Assembly (NCBI GenBank): GCA_002633005.1
Contig: NMRA01000371.1
Coordinates: 382,011-446,010, forward strand
DNA: 64,000 nt
Reading direction: 5' to 3'
Source of the DNA: Phoronis australis
Lineage: Eukaryota; Animalia; Phoronida
The notes under the pieces were generated by a model. That model did no database searches. It was not told the origin of the DNA and worked only from the letters and a program-made list of their open reading frames with translations. Position numbers and translations under genes: made by a program. Shown here in pieces: positions 13,772 through 28,200 of this stretch. The first letter of the stretch is position 1. Every line of letters starts with the position of its first letter.

Positions 13772-15355
13772 GGTAATTGTTTACAATATGACGACATTGA
13801 CCTACACACATGATTTTGGTATCGTTCGATTCCTCGCAACGTTATCTTTCCAAAAATATATGAATGTACCCTACACATAGTGTACCTAATTATTGGACGG
13901 ACCCTAAATATCGGACATTACATAAAATCTTACTTGAAGCATAATCTGAGAAATATATGACACAAATTTTTGTTCCGCTGTAATGCATTCAATGTCCGGC
14001 ACTGTCTCGTTTTTTTCTAGCGGTGCCTCGTTTTAATTTTACCAAGAGAGGGTGCAATTTAGACCCCCAAGTCAGTCTAAAATTGACGATCGCATAAATC
14101 GGTTACAAAAGTTGAAAACAAAATCTTTTTCCACAATGAAATCATCTAATTGAACTAACAATATGTCACTGTTTCATTTTTTCATTTGTTATTAAACTCA
14201 AGTCAAACCCCGGCCGCGCACGTGCATGTGTCATATCAAGAAGGCAAAGAGATACTAAAAACTTTAATGAGTTTTCACGCGCTTTAGTCATCTGCACTGA
14301 TTCATCGAAACGACTTGGTGTTGTCATCAGACTTCATGTTATGGATAATTTTGTTTGTGTTTTAGCAGCATATGTCAAAACACCCGAGCTGAAATTTGGC
14401 TACAAGGTGCCCGCAGCCATTATAGTCAGTTTTCCGCAGTGTGGCATATAGGGAAACATGGTGTCCGATATTTAGGTTCTCCGAAGGTTTGCTAGTTGTG
14501 TTTTTAAAGATCAGTCGGAACATAAATGATGTGGCTTTCGGTGACAAGATATATAACACAACAATTCTATAAAGGTAAGCCTTTATTTCAGCAAAGAATT
14601 TACAACAATCCGTAGTATTTTCAATTAAATTTAATGTAAAATGTGCCAAAACGTCCGATAATTAGGTCACTTGACTGTACCGCGTTTTCTCCGTATTTTA
14701 TCATGGAATTTTGGTTCACACTATTTCCCGGTTGACACCGCCATGTTTAGCTCAACTCAAGATTATAGCGACTCCTGTTGTTAATGAATGAAACAGCATC
14801 ATCGATTCTGAATGGTGTTTGCCCGTGCGAGATTCCCGCTAAAGTTTTCCTGACATAATATGTAGGAACAATTAGCAGAATTCCACCTTTTCCAATTATT
14901 TAAAATTGTGACCATTTTTCCACGAAATTGTCTGAAGTGATACTGACTTTTCACCAATTTGGACCACAAAAACAACCTCTGTTTTTTTCGCGGATTCTTG
15001 TTAGCAGATTCGTACTAGGGTCGCCATAGGATCAAAGTCGATCTCTTGGGACCGTAACTCGGGCAGGGGATAGACGGTTCTCGGTCAGTTTGAACTTATG
15101 GAAAGTGACGATCTGCAGAAGTCGGTAGATTAGTCCAGTTTTTGACTGCCAGGAGACACCCTCAACTCAACATGGCGGTATTACTACCGAGTACCGGCAA
15201 ATAGTGCGAGAAGAAATTTCATGATAAAATAAAGGGAACGGGGTAGGAAAAGTTTCTGTGTATTTTTTGAAAGATAATATTATAACTTTGCAAGGAATCG
15301 AACGATACCAAAATCAGATGTGTAAGTCATTGTCGTCATATTGTAAACAATTGCC
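13772..15355. mobile_element. Non-autonomous DNA transposon, Merlin-like
   Basis: About 75-bp imperfect TIRs (ggtaattgtttacaatatgacgac...ggtatcgttcgattcct / aggaatcgaacgatacc...gtcgtcatattgtaaacaattgcc) and an exact 8-bp TSD ctcacact at 13764-13771 and 15356-15363. GGTAA/GGCAA ends plus an 8-bp TSD fit Merlin; the superfamily is inferred. Confidence 0.8.
13872..14679. mobile_element. Tc1/mariner-like MITE nested in the Merlin-like element
   Basis: Imperfect TIRs tacacatagtgtacctaattattggacg / cgtccgataattaggtcacttgactgta with TA ends. Confidence 0.65.
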
Positions 15356-16210
15356 CTCACACTGAATAAAACATTAAAGTCACGTTGTTATAAATACGCA
15401 TAGAGGTACACATTAGGCTTAGGAGGCCATCGATTTGTTTAATTCCTTCCAACTTGAAGAAATACTCCCGCTATCAAACTTTTTCTTCGAGCAGTTCTAC
15501 GTTCAGTTCCCAAAATCGGCAACTGGCCATTTTTACACTGTGCACACCTGGAGATATGATGCCATACCAATCTGTTTTCACCGATTCTTCTGACCCTGAC
15601 CATTCATTAACTAATTTCACAAGATTTCTTAATCTGCCGACACCGAAAGTAGTATGATTAAACCAGTTTCATGTACTCATTGCCTATAACTTGTCAGTTC
15701 ATTCTGCGACCTGACAATTCAAGATCACGTTGGTGGAGTAATGTTTTTAATTTCAAACCCCAATGCGAGCCAAGCACTTCAGTTAAGAAATCATCAACAT
15801 TGACAGGTATAAACTGGCAAAATGTCTCTTTGAAATGCTGATAAAATATTGTGCCCAGGAGAATTTATTTTTTGCTGATACTATAGAAGTTCTGTCAATT
15901 TAGACTTCTTAATTACTTTTGTTATCTAAGTTTTAATGACCAGTTGCACCCAATTTACTATTAATTGTGCACTTTTCCTAGCTAAGCGCAGAATTATTCA
16001 TGTATCATTCTGAAAAGTAGAATTTCATGAAAATGAGGTCAGTAGCTTTGGGTTGATGCGCTTGTAACTCAGAACGTGATAAATGCCAACTTTTTTGCAG
16101 GCGTTTGCCATAAAGGATGTACATAACCTTCATGGTTGGGTCTCATTTATTTAGATGAGAATCTCAAGGAGTAATATTCTTGGTTTCCAATCATCCGTAC
16201 CTGTTTAATA

Positions 16211-19200
16211 ATGAATGGAGATATAGGGCGAGACAGTCTTCTTCTATCAGAATACTCATCCGGAAAACACAAGAAGAAGAGGAAGAAGAAGAAGCTAACG
16301 GCTTCAGATGAAGAAATTTTATGTGACCAAGTCAAAGAGTCCATTATGAACAATTTGTCACAAATTGATTACGTCCTGGTGCATAGCGACAAACCTGCTG
16401 TTGAGGATGTTAAAGGAGATAAAAACCGTACTGAATTTGAGAGACTGCTTCAGAAGGAAGGTGTCGATGTGGAAAAGGAGGTTGTTAGTGGGTTGGTATT
16501 TTCAAAACTTCACGTGCCATTCTCCAGGCTGTGCAAAGAAGCTGAGCGTGTCAATTTACGCATGCCTCTGAAGGGGGTAAGATTTAGTCTCAGTTTACAT
16601 ATCTCAAATCGGATAAATTGGCTATATTTTGTTGCAAGTAAATCATTTGCAATGAGTGAACGGTTTCAAAAACGTTGTGTAAAGTTTGCCAGAAAGTGCT
16701 AGTTTTTAGTGTTATTTCACCCTTTTGAAGTACAAAGTCAAAAGGTGTAAAATTACTGTATGGCTATGAGAAAATTATCTTCTCATAGTTTGATATTGGC
16801 CTTTTGACTTTTAATTGCAGTTTAGTGTAATATCACTTAATTGGCACAATAGACTGAAGCAAGATCCTTGATGGCTGATCAGATGGTTGTAGACTGGTGA
16901 ACTAATGTATGTTATACTCTTTGTAATAGGGTGAAATTGATGATGAAGATGACATCTTGGGGTGCTGTGGAAAGATGGAAGACAAGTTATTTAACACCGA
17001 CGATTCAGGTAGGCAGATATTGACAACTAGGGTAAAGATTCCACTAATTGGAACAAAAATAGTTGTTGAAATTGTCATTTTCCATTTTTCAAAACCTCAC
17101 TTCATTGTTAACAAAAATCTCAAATTTCATTACTGGTTCACATCAGCTGCACAATTAACTGCACAAATAATGACTGTAGTTTTTTTCTGAAAATTAGCTT
17201 CTTTGAAAATAATATTTCGCTGTTCCATCATATTGTGTTATACATTGAAAGAACTTCACTTTGCAAACTGTTCTGTAAAATACTTGTTAACAGTCACGTG
17301 TGATTTGAACAGTATCTGATCAATCTAAGTGGACAGAAAAGACAGTTTAATGCGCTTTAAAACATCAACAAAGCTTCACTTTTTTCTACTCCATTTGGTG
17401 AAAACTGAAATTAGGTTTGTTTTCTCATGTCCAACCGACTGTAAATACTAATTTGATGCCTAACAGATGATTTTAGTTTTAAATATGACATATTTGTTTC
17501 AACAGAAATAAGAGACCCCAAAAACTGAAAAGTGAAGAATTATTGAAACAATTTACCCACCTACCCACGTCGAAGCAGTGATGGTAGGGTGAATGAAAAA
17601 TATTTCAATGTGTCATTATTCTATGTGAATCTGTGCTTTTAAATCTCAGTCTGAAACTGATTCATTTGGTTCCTGCAATTTGAACAATGTTTTGCTCGAC
17701 ACGAGTGTCGTGAATGAGAACTGAGCAGTTTTAGACAATGAGAAAGTGTCACAGAACAACACAGTGACTTAAAATTGCTCAACCATAACATGGTAGCAAA
17801 CAGACTTCAACCCGTTGCGCAATGTACAGCTTTTGTTTACTCAGCTCATAGTGGCTTGTGTACACAAACATTTCCAGGTACCATAGCTGCAGTGATATGT
17901 CTGTTTACATTCAATCTTGCGACTGTTTATATGTAGCTGAGTAAACTCAATCTGTACTTGATTTTTCATTATTTTGTAAAATGCATTCCATTGGAGAGAT
18001 AATCAACTAGGGTCCCATAAAAACAAAGTTTGCCACTATCAAAAGTTGTCATGTTGGCCTTTTTAATAATTGACCCATTGACTCTAGTATGAGTTGTTTG
18101 GTGTTGATTAATCAATTTTGGATTATTATATGTTGATCAAAAGGTTTAATTTGCAAACAGTTGGTTCAAATTAAAGTTTGATCATTAATTTAATCAATAA
18201 TTATGCACTAGATGTTACACCCAATGCATCTGGCTCTGCTTTTAATCACTCGATGGTAATCTTTTTTGTGTTTGGATATTTAGATAATGACCACAGAAGA
18301 GTTTTTGAAGTTGTGACATTGCCAATGTTACTTGCTAATACTCAGTTGTATGTTACCACGTTTACCTCAGTCTCTACTTTCCATTCAAGTAGCCACCTCT
18401 AGCTTATTTATTTCTAATATCTCTGATAACTATTCAGGTATCGTTTATTTCTTACTTCATACAAAAAGTCATTTAATAATAAAAATTGGTGTTAGATTAT
18501 GGTTTCTCAGAACCCAAAAGTTTAGGGGGACCAGTAATTTGGTCATAATTTCATCCTCCCCCTCCACCCCATTGATACAGAATTCAACTAACACGCACAA
18601 CTTTTCAAGTGGCGTCACTGCCTTCTCAAAGCTGAAAAAAATGCATGTATAACCTTCTCCACACAAGCTCACTCAGTGGTTGATTGTGATTATTTTGTAA
18701 TTCCCTGTGGATTCAATTATTAGTCAGGTGAACAGTGGTATCTTAGCAACTTTGATCATATTACTCGGTTTCCATAGTAATCTCAAGGATTACTCTTTCC
18801 ATTATTTTTATGTTGATCCTAAGGATATGTACTCTTACTTTCACAATAACATTCGTGTGCTACTTTCAATTATGGATTAGTTTACACCTCATGTGCTATT
18901 TAATGGTGTTTCTTTCTCAAACAACCAAACCTACTTACGTCAAAAACACATCGTTTTGCCAGAGAAACGTACATTATAGTGACACTGTTACTTCATATTT
19001 TTGTTGATCTTGCCATGATCATTTTTACCATAGGAATAAAAATAAGTGTCATTGCACTGTTATTTTGATATCAGTCGTTTATCTCTATAAATTGTCGCCC
19101 TGAAAAAGGCCAGTGTCCTTAATCATGGCGCGGTGCTTAATTTCCAAATATGGTGCAGATCCATGTTTCAATATGCATATATTAAAAACTCAACCTGTGG

Positions 19201-22200
19201 ACTGTTCAACTGTTTGGTTTCTAAAAGTTTATGTTGGTAGCATTTTGCTATGAAATGTGCTATCTACCATGTTATTGAGAACACTCTGATTTGCGTATTT
19301 TATACATTTCAAATAATATTATACTTGATTTTTTTCAGTTGATTTCATCAGTGCACCATTTATCAGGGCTAAAATCCACCTGTTTGATGGTTATGAGAAT
19401 GAAGAGACTTTTTTCAATCGATCTCTCAGAGCATTTTTGGTAAGCACTACAAAAGGGTCGTTCCAGATTACACAGTGGCACTCTAATCTCGCTGTATTTA
19501 CCCACAATGCCCAAAACATCTGTCATCATGCCACTGCAGTTTCACATGTTATTTGTTAATTAATGTTTGATTCTTTACAAGTTTTTCTTTGTTGCATTAC
19601 TCTATTCGTCCTTCCAATGCCAATGAAGTGTTACTGCTGTGCTGCGGACTGCAACTCCAACATGAGAAAGTTTGACAAACTGGACAAATACCTGTGGATG
19701 CACGATGTGAAATTTTTCGCCTTCTAGACATCAATGAGAGACATGAAAATGTGCCTGATTTCCAAAACAAGGTCACGAGCTTTCTTATCTCCAGGGCAAG
19801 GAGAGTTCTATCACCGTGTAATCCATGACGGCCCTATTAAACCTTGAAATGAATTAATTTTAGGACCTTGGTTTACAGAAAACTGTTAGTTTGTTGTCCA
19901 TTGTGACTATGCTCATGGAACAAAACAACACGCCGTGATATGTGCCAACTTGTACTGCCTCATCTCAAGCAATAATGAACTACCAGTTCTGTTATCTCTA
20001 ATTTTACAAAGGAAGCAATTTGAAACCAATTTCATAACTGGTAATTGGTGTAAATCGAGATATTTTTGTGGTGGATGGCGGGTGTAGCCTCTTCTGTTTC
20101 GTCTTGTCATTTAGAGGTTTCTTTAGAGGCCTTTTGAGGTTCTGGAAAACAAGTACAGCTGCTGTGTTAATAAAAGAAAGTGACACAAGTTTTCTACAAA
20201 TAAAATTTCAGAATTTTTAGCCTCTTTAATAGATTGCAACAAATTATAAGGGTGTATTTCTGAAAAAATGCATTCGTTGAATTTGTGTGAAGAAATTTAT
20301 TTGGATTATATTCTGCATTCAAAGTCGTTAACTGAAAAATAGGTATGACCACCTTCGTTATCAAGAGTCACTTTTCTTCAAAACACTTCAACCTGTAGAT
20401 GATATATGTTTGAAATCCTTTAAGTGTGAGCAAAGAAACATTAAGTGCAAGTGAGTGGACTTTGGGGTGATGTGACCATGTGTTTTACAGAAAATGCTAT
20501 GCTTCTACAAATATGAAAGCATTCAAACCAAATTCTGTTGAAATTCTACAGAATTCCAGCAGTGAATTGATTTCTATGGTCTTCATGACTAACCCCAAGA
20601 TTTGGGCTGCCAAAAATGAAGACTTCCTGGTTTTTGGTGACATGGCCCTTTTAAGTATTTTTGGATATGAAATGATACAAATAAATAAGACCCTTAGTCA
20701 AGGCAATCAGTTATAATCAGTAATTCAATGTTGCTTTGGCATGTCTTTACAACTGTTATCTACTTCTGTTCCAGACTCACCATATCCTTATTAATTTGGA
20801 CATAAGGTCAAAGGATGAAAGATTCCTTGACACGGATGGTGATGGGGACAAGGAAGAGGATTTATTGGCCAAAAGAGGTCACTAGTTTGCTATTGAGAAT
20901 TTTTATTTTGTTTATTTTATTTATTTTGTTTATTTTTAAATAGCAGTTTTGAGCGTGGTTGTTGTAGGCGACGTATAATTAGTAATGTTCAGCTTGTCAT
21001 GATATGATTTGGACAGAATGTCTAAGTATTTTCAATTCCTGATGACCAGCTGACAGCTTCTTGAATGATCAGTAAAAATTAAGTTAATTACCAAAAACAA
21101 AACACTGTGTTTCATGTCAACGTTCCAGTATTACTCAATATCTAACTTTCTACTCACCATGTTGCTAAGAACTTACATTGAATGAGCACAAAATAGTAGG
21201 ATATTGACTGCTAAACATTCAGCTAGGCATCTCTGATTCTCCACCGTGGAAATTAAGTCTTGAGCCGCCAGGGGTCATTGGGCCGCCTGTAGCATGTTAA
21301 TAATTTATATTTCAACAATCAAAGATATCTTTTTATATTCTCGTCACTTGCACCAGTCTTTAGTGGGGGTGCGTCTTTAGATATTTATGTCAATGTTACC
21401 ACGGCAACTGATGGGCAAACACTTTCTGTTCAGGTCTTCCCTACCTACTTCACAAAGGTAACTACAGTGATGCGTTCACACTGCATGATGAGTCGCTTGA
21501 GGATCCTGTTGATAAGGAAGTTGTGGAACAGCTGAAGAAAGCTGGGAAAAGTGTAGAGGATAGACTCGCTAAGGAACTGAAAACAGTTGATACTCGGAAA
21601 GAACTCAATGACTCATGGCCTAAGGTATACAAGTATCAGCCCATGTGGAAAGTCCGGAACTATTTTGGCGAGAAGATTGCGTTTTACTTCGCCTGGTCTG
21701 GCACCTTAGTTGCGTCACTGTGGATTCCTACCCTAATTGGACTGGGTGTTTTCATCTATGGGCTGTATCAGAGGTATTAAAGAATTATCACTAGGATCTA
21801 GGTTTTCTCCAAGTCTGTGCTCATAAACTGACCTGTCATTGCTGGATATTTACTGTAAATGAAGCATTTCTTGTTTCAGTTCACTGTCTCTTGAAAACTT
21901 CATGAATTGTTTCTAATCATTCATTTGGTAAAATATCACATCTGACAGTTAAGTTCTCTAATATCACATCTGGCAGTTCAGTGCTCTGATTTCTTAATTT
22001 TGTTGTTAAAAACTTTAATATTAGTAATCTTTGAGAATCAGTTATGTAATAAGTGGCTAAAACAGTCAAAATTCTTTGATTTTTCTTGCATAAGATGTTT
22101 TATATTTTCACTTTTTCCACTGTCCCAAACTGAAGAGACATGTTTTACCTTAAGGAATTTTGAGTTACCAACTGATCATTGAACATTGTATGCAAAGACC

Positions 22201-25200
22201 AAGTTTGCAGTTTATTTTATTGTAACTTTCTAACTGCAGTGCTACCGAATCAGAGTTAAAGTCACAGAGTGCCAACCAGACAACCAACACTACACAGGCT
22301 GATGATTTCTTCGCCTTAGCTCAGAAGTAAATGTCCTGTTCTATTCTATGGATTTGTTAAAAATGTTTATTTTGGATTGAAAAACATAGCGTCGTGCACA
22401 TATAGCCTGGACAGGCTGGTTAATGACCATAGTTATTATCATGCTCTCTAATTGGCTCGGACAGCTGAACTTATTGGTTGGTGTTTACACACCATTTACA
22501 AATGGTAATGACCTTTCTAGTTCTGTCATGATACGAGAAGTGAATGCATCCACGGCCAGTTCTATGGATTTAATTGTTGTATAATAATGGCAATTATTGT
22601 ATGAAAATTTGACGTCATTTAAGCTGTATCCTGATGTTAAATGCTAACCTTCCCTTAACAAAACTCTTATAACTTATAACTCTGTCTTTGCCAGTTGATA
22701 CCAAACCTTGGTGAAAAGTCATACTGAGAAACTTTTGTCATTGAAATTAATGTAGTTTGCAAAAGGTACTTGGTGTAGTTTGGTTGCATTGAGTTTTCAA
22801 TTTGCTTTCATTTCAGCGTAAAAGACGAAGTTTTTAAGATACTTGATATTGTGAAAGCAGCATGTGACAATGAGGCTACACCCTTCTTTTCATTGGTTAT
22901 GTGTTTGTGGGGTAAGTATGGTACTTACGTTGTTTATAGCTTTACTGCAGAAGCCGCCAACTAGTTGTAGATAGACCTCACTGATCCATGGCACTGTACC
23001 GTGGCACTGTACCGTGGCACTGTACCGTGGCACTGTACCGTGGCACCGTACCGTGGTACTGTACCGTGGCACTGTACTGTGGCACCATACCGTGGCACCG
23101 TACCGTGGCACCATACCGTGTCACCGTACCGTGACAGCTATGAAAATTACTCAGGAGTGAAGGCTAGGCTAGTGAAATCACACACTTTGTTTGGAATTCA
23201 TGATAATATCTTGAAGACTTGTGTGATGTACGGTACAAAATTACTCGCCAAAATTACAGTTTTTTTCATTAAGTCTAGGCTGCACACTGTTGTGAATGGC
23301 TTGCCCAAAATTTTTCAAAAAATTTAGTGTTGGTAGCTATGGTTCAGAAATTGGATTTGACAAAGCATTGTTCTGGTACTGTATAGCGTATCATTGATGA
23401 GAAAACGTGAAAAAATTATAAAAATTTCACCTGTTTGCCATATTTTGTTGAAGTTGGTGACATTTTACTGTATCTAACTAAAGTTCTGAGGTAGCGTTAT
23501 CAAAAGTTCCCAGGCAATGATTTGCGTTTTATTGATGCCTCTAATTTGGTGAATTACACTGAAAATAGAAGTTAGTAAAATTATCCTTCTTCAAAGACCA
23601 TAAAAATTTTTCTATGCAATTGTTTTGAACTTTCGGAGAGTAGTGTCGTCTGCATAACTTAACTATTGTTTACCACTCAAACTTTTTTGTTTCCACTAAA
23701 AGTTTTAAGTATTTATATGTTTTGCATTAACTTTTGGTAGTGAATTAAATTAAAACAGCCTATATAAAACTGGTAAAATGTGTTCAACTGCAGTCAAACG
23801 TTTCGTCAACATGTGGCTTTGACAGTGGAATGTCGAGTTGTTTTATTCTTACTGTAACCACTAGAACTAATAATTGTTTTTACCTCCTTTTCTAGAGAGT
23901 TGTTACTTTTTGCAGTTCTATGTTTGCCCAGTGCTTAACACTCTGCATTCAATTATTTTTATGTTAGTAATCAATGACTATGTCTCCAGGAACTATTTAC
24001 TTGGAAGTGTGGAAACGTAAGAGTGCTACCCTGGCCTACGAGTGGGACGTGAATGATTTTGAGGACGCTGAACCGGATCGCCCTCAGTACTTTGGCACAA
24101 CCATTATGAAAGATCCTGTATCGGGAGAACTGGCGGCCTACTATCCAATCATACGGCGCTTCTTCAAATTCTGTTTTTCTTGTGTCTTTATTTTGGTCAT
24201 GGTACGTAAAGATTACACTTCCATTTGAACTGAAGCTTTGAATGTTTGGTGAAAACGTGTTCTGCTGGTAAATTATTATTCCCTGTTCGATTTTTTCATT
24301 CTGGCTGAATTGAAAGCATTGAAATGTGTTGTGCAATTTTATTGAGGAACACGTTAACATATTCATACTGATTAGTTGCTTGAATGGGTGTCAGTCAAGT
24401 ATCAAACTTAAAAATCTTTGCGTCATCATGCCCGGGGTTAAAAGGTTTAGTTCATGCTGTTGTGTTCAAAAGCTTCTTATTACAACGGAGACTGCTGTTT
24501 CTTTCTTATACAATCCATTAGTGCTGTATTGCAGGCTATTACTACATTTTTTATTGTCCGTTTTATAAATAGCCAAAAAGTGATGTGTGCGCACCTCAGA
24601 AATGATTTACAGGATATCCATCCATCCTGCCACCTGGTGACATTTTTTGTGATTCATCTCCTTTGATCTCTGGTTTTTTGTTCGTGTGGTTTCCCGCTAT
24701 TAATAAGAAAGTCAATCTACTTGGTTGATTAGGTCTATAAATTTCAGGGGTTAGAAAATGCCAGTGTTTCTGTGCGTTCCTCATTAACTTTCCGCCTGAT
24801 ACATTCTTCGTTGATTGAATGTTCATAGCTGGTGCCGTTATGTTGTATTGAAATAATAATTGCATTTCGGTGCCCTAATTTTTTCTCAAGAGCCTAGCTT
24901 TCGAGCCCATCTAGGGCGCTTCGTTTAGGCAATGAGAGTGATCTCCGGGTCTCGCGATCACCTGTGCTCAGCACTTGGCAGTTGACGTCTAACTCCACCT
25001 GGTGGCTGTCATGAAGATCCCATCAATGTTTTGATGAAGAACCCAAAATGAGCTTGAAAGCTACAGCTCTTGGGGTAACAACTAGACTGCTGAAAGATAA
25101 CTAGTATTTGGATACATTCTTGTTACAGATACTGGTATTTGGATACATTCTTGTTACAGATACTGGTATTTGGATACATTCTTGTTACAGATACTGGTAG

Positions 25201-28200
25201 TCTTCATTAGTGTAGGTGGCGTCATAGTCTACCGTGTCATCATGAGTGTGGACTACTGTGGAAAGATGTCCTCCATTGAATGTCTTCTCGTCACTACCAT
25301 AGCCTCTTCACTACTCAATGCCATATCTATATTTATACTGGGGAAAATCTATGAAATTCTGGCTTATAAACTTACTGATTGGGGTATGTATAGCTCAGCT
25401 GTCAGAACCTGGCACATATTTTGCTCAAGTATTTCATTTATTTTCACAGTTATAGCACATTGCACGCATCCGTGCGCGGCTTTCACTTTGCGTCAGAGTT
25501 CTCGGTATTCACTCGTTCTCATCTACCACCATTGTGACTTGAGTTCAGAGAGACATGAGACATGCTAGTGCATACTAAACTGTAGCCAGAATTTGAAGCC
25601 AAGACAAGTGAAAGTGGAAAGCTGAAACTGGCTTTTTTAATTATTATACATTTTTGGAGACTAGTTCAAATGGTTTGACTTGTATTGGCATCAAAAATGT
25701 TACACTGTTTTTGCTTTATTCTGCTTTGTTTGATGGCCACCAGGAGGCACATTACCCCATTGCTTTGTTTGATGGCCACCAGGAGGCACCCCATTGCGTT
25801 TCCATTGATGCTTATGAAAGGTTTTCGTGTCGGATTTTCAATTCTGTTACGATATTACCTTGCATGTTTCAGAAAACCACAGAACACAGACTGACTATGA
25901 CGATGCCTTGATTATCAAGCTGTTTGCCTTCCAATTTGCTAACAACTATTCTTCTTTGTTCTACATTGCCTTTCTCAGAGGGGTAAGTCTTTCTGTCTGT
26001 TTTGTGTCTTACATCCTTCTCATGAAAGACTGCAAGTGAGCAAAAAGAAATCAAAAACAAACAGCAAAACCGGAGCAGATGTTTTTCACACTAGTATGTC
26101 ATGCCTGAGTTTATTGCAGCAACTTGAAACAATGTTGGTCTTGGCAATAGTCTGAGAATTTGATTTTATAAGTTTTGAGTTGGGGTAGGTGGTATTTTGG
26201 TGGCAGCCAGGGATGAAGTAGTGGTTTTAGGGAGGTGTTTTTCTTCATTCAAAAAACCCTCATGTGAAAACATTTCTGCCACAAACCTAATGCAATGTCA
26301 TAATGACTACTTGGAGTAGCATATCACAAGTCCATCTCTCTATTTCACTAAAAGTGTTCGAATAAAGCCTCAGATGTATAAACTAAACTTTTTTTATTTA
26401 ATCCACTGTTTTGCGTAATGATCAGATTCAAGATATGTTGGGCGTGACAAAGTCATACTTGAATGCTTCTATAACCAAGATTTGTCATCATACTGTTTTT
26501 GAAATCCAACATTTGCTGTCAACATATGAAGTTTACAAAACAGCAACCTCTTTATTGAGGCACCCCAGTTTTTACCAAAATACATTTTCTCCAACAGAGT
26601 TTCACATAAATTTTGAATTCAAGGTGGTGCCTGCATGTGACTGCAATTTTGTATTTTTCATGTGACTTAGGGAGTCTTAATGGATTGAATAAACAGCTTT
26701 TGACTTTTCTATAAATCTTCTGCCGAATGAATGGTACTATAGTGTACTATAATGTTAACTTTTCATTTTCCAATTACCACTTACAATTTTCTAGATATAC
26801 GATATTTACCGATGACTGCTCATTTTAATGACTCCTTTTGCCGCTTTGTTGTTGTTTTATGAACAACTAACTGTACAAGGCTTTGTATTTAATCATTTTC
26901 AACTTCATCATCATCGTCATCCAAATTATCATTTTTCATTAATATCTTCAGTTAATTAAATATCAAGTGTCATTTCTCATGGTTCTTTCATTAATTGCTG
27001 AGTAGCAAGAGTGGATATTAGTGAAATCTGTGATAACAACATTTTAGTTTTAGTCCCTGAAGACTATATGGATCCTGTCACGGCCATATTGTGAGATAGG
27101 GCTATATGTCCCTGTCTGAAATTTCACTTACTGGCACAATACCTTTGAAGCATCAAGTATTTCCACAATTTCCATCAGGAATACCGGTCCTTCAAAATTA
27201 GGATTACCCTTAAATGTGGAAGGTCTAATCCACATCCTGGGCAAAATTGTGAATGTAACAATATGAGTATTTTAGATTTATCAGCTGTCATCCCTGTGTA
27301 TAGTTAGTTTGAGCAACCAGTTGAATTACTCTTCTCAATGTGAAAGCTGTTGTACTGCTGAGATACTTCTGTTGGCTGGAAGTGCATTAACTCTTCTGAC
27401 TAGGGTCATGTTTTGAGCTAAAAACTCTCCTTATATATTTGTGTGATTAGAATTCCCCTTTAATCTAATCTGTGATAGGTGAGGATTAGGAATTCCAATC
27501 TCTTGAAGCACGTTTCCATTCAGAACTGAGAAGCGTCCCTCTGGAACTATATCTCCCACCTCATTTGTTTGAAAAATATTGTTCTAGAGCTCTTAAAAAT
27601 TGACTAATTTGGACTTGACGTTTCAGAATGTTGGAGCTCAAGGTATACTTGGCTTGGGTCCTCAGTATGCTGATAACTGTGGCACTGACAACAACTGTAT
27701 GGCCATGTTGTCCTTTCAAGTACTCATTCTCATGATTGTCAAGCCATTCCCCAAACTATTGAAAGATATTCTGTTGCCGTAAGTCTGATATTGTTTCAGG
27801 GCTTGGAATTTTCCGCGGAAACGCGGATTTCCGCTTTTTTCAAATGTTTTGTCCGCGTATTTTATAATATTTCCGCGTAAAAAAAATCGGATTTGATATA
27901 AAATTTCCGCGGCACATTCCTTTCTTACCGCGGCGTTGCAGACGACGTTCACCTCGAAAAGCGGATGTTGCTCTTTATGTTTCGGAGGAATGTAAATTGT
28001 CAACATTGCCGGGGCATCTGGGACAGCGTGGTGGGATTGTCAATGGCGTCTCGTGTTATTGTTAAGCACGGCGACTAATACATGTGTGGGTTGGGAGTGG
28101 ACGGGCGAGCTAAAAGGACGCAGACGCATGCTACTGATGGTGGTAACGTTTTTTTTTTAGTCCTGATTTTTGTCGGGGAAAGGTTCACACTGACCATTTC

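Larger units (their letters stand above)
10720..13884. repeat. Near-identical tandem duplication (10720-12064 vs 12546-13884) around a 1-nt gap
   Basis: The second copy starts immediately after the N at 12545 and differs only by scattered SNPs and small indels. It contains TUSC3 exon 1 and the promoter region. Confidence 0.93.
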
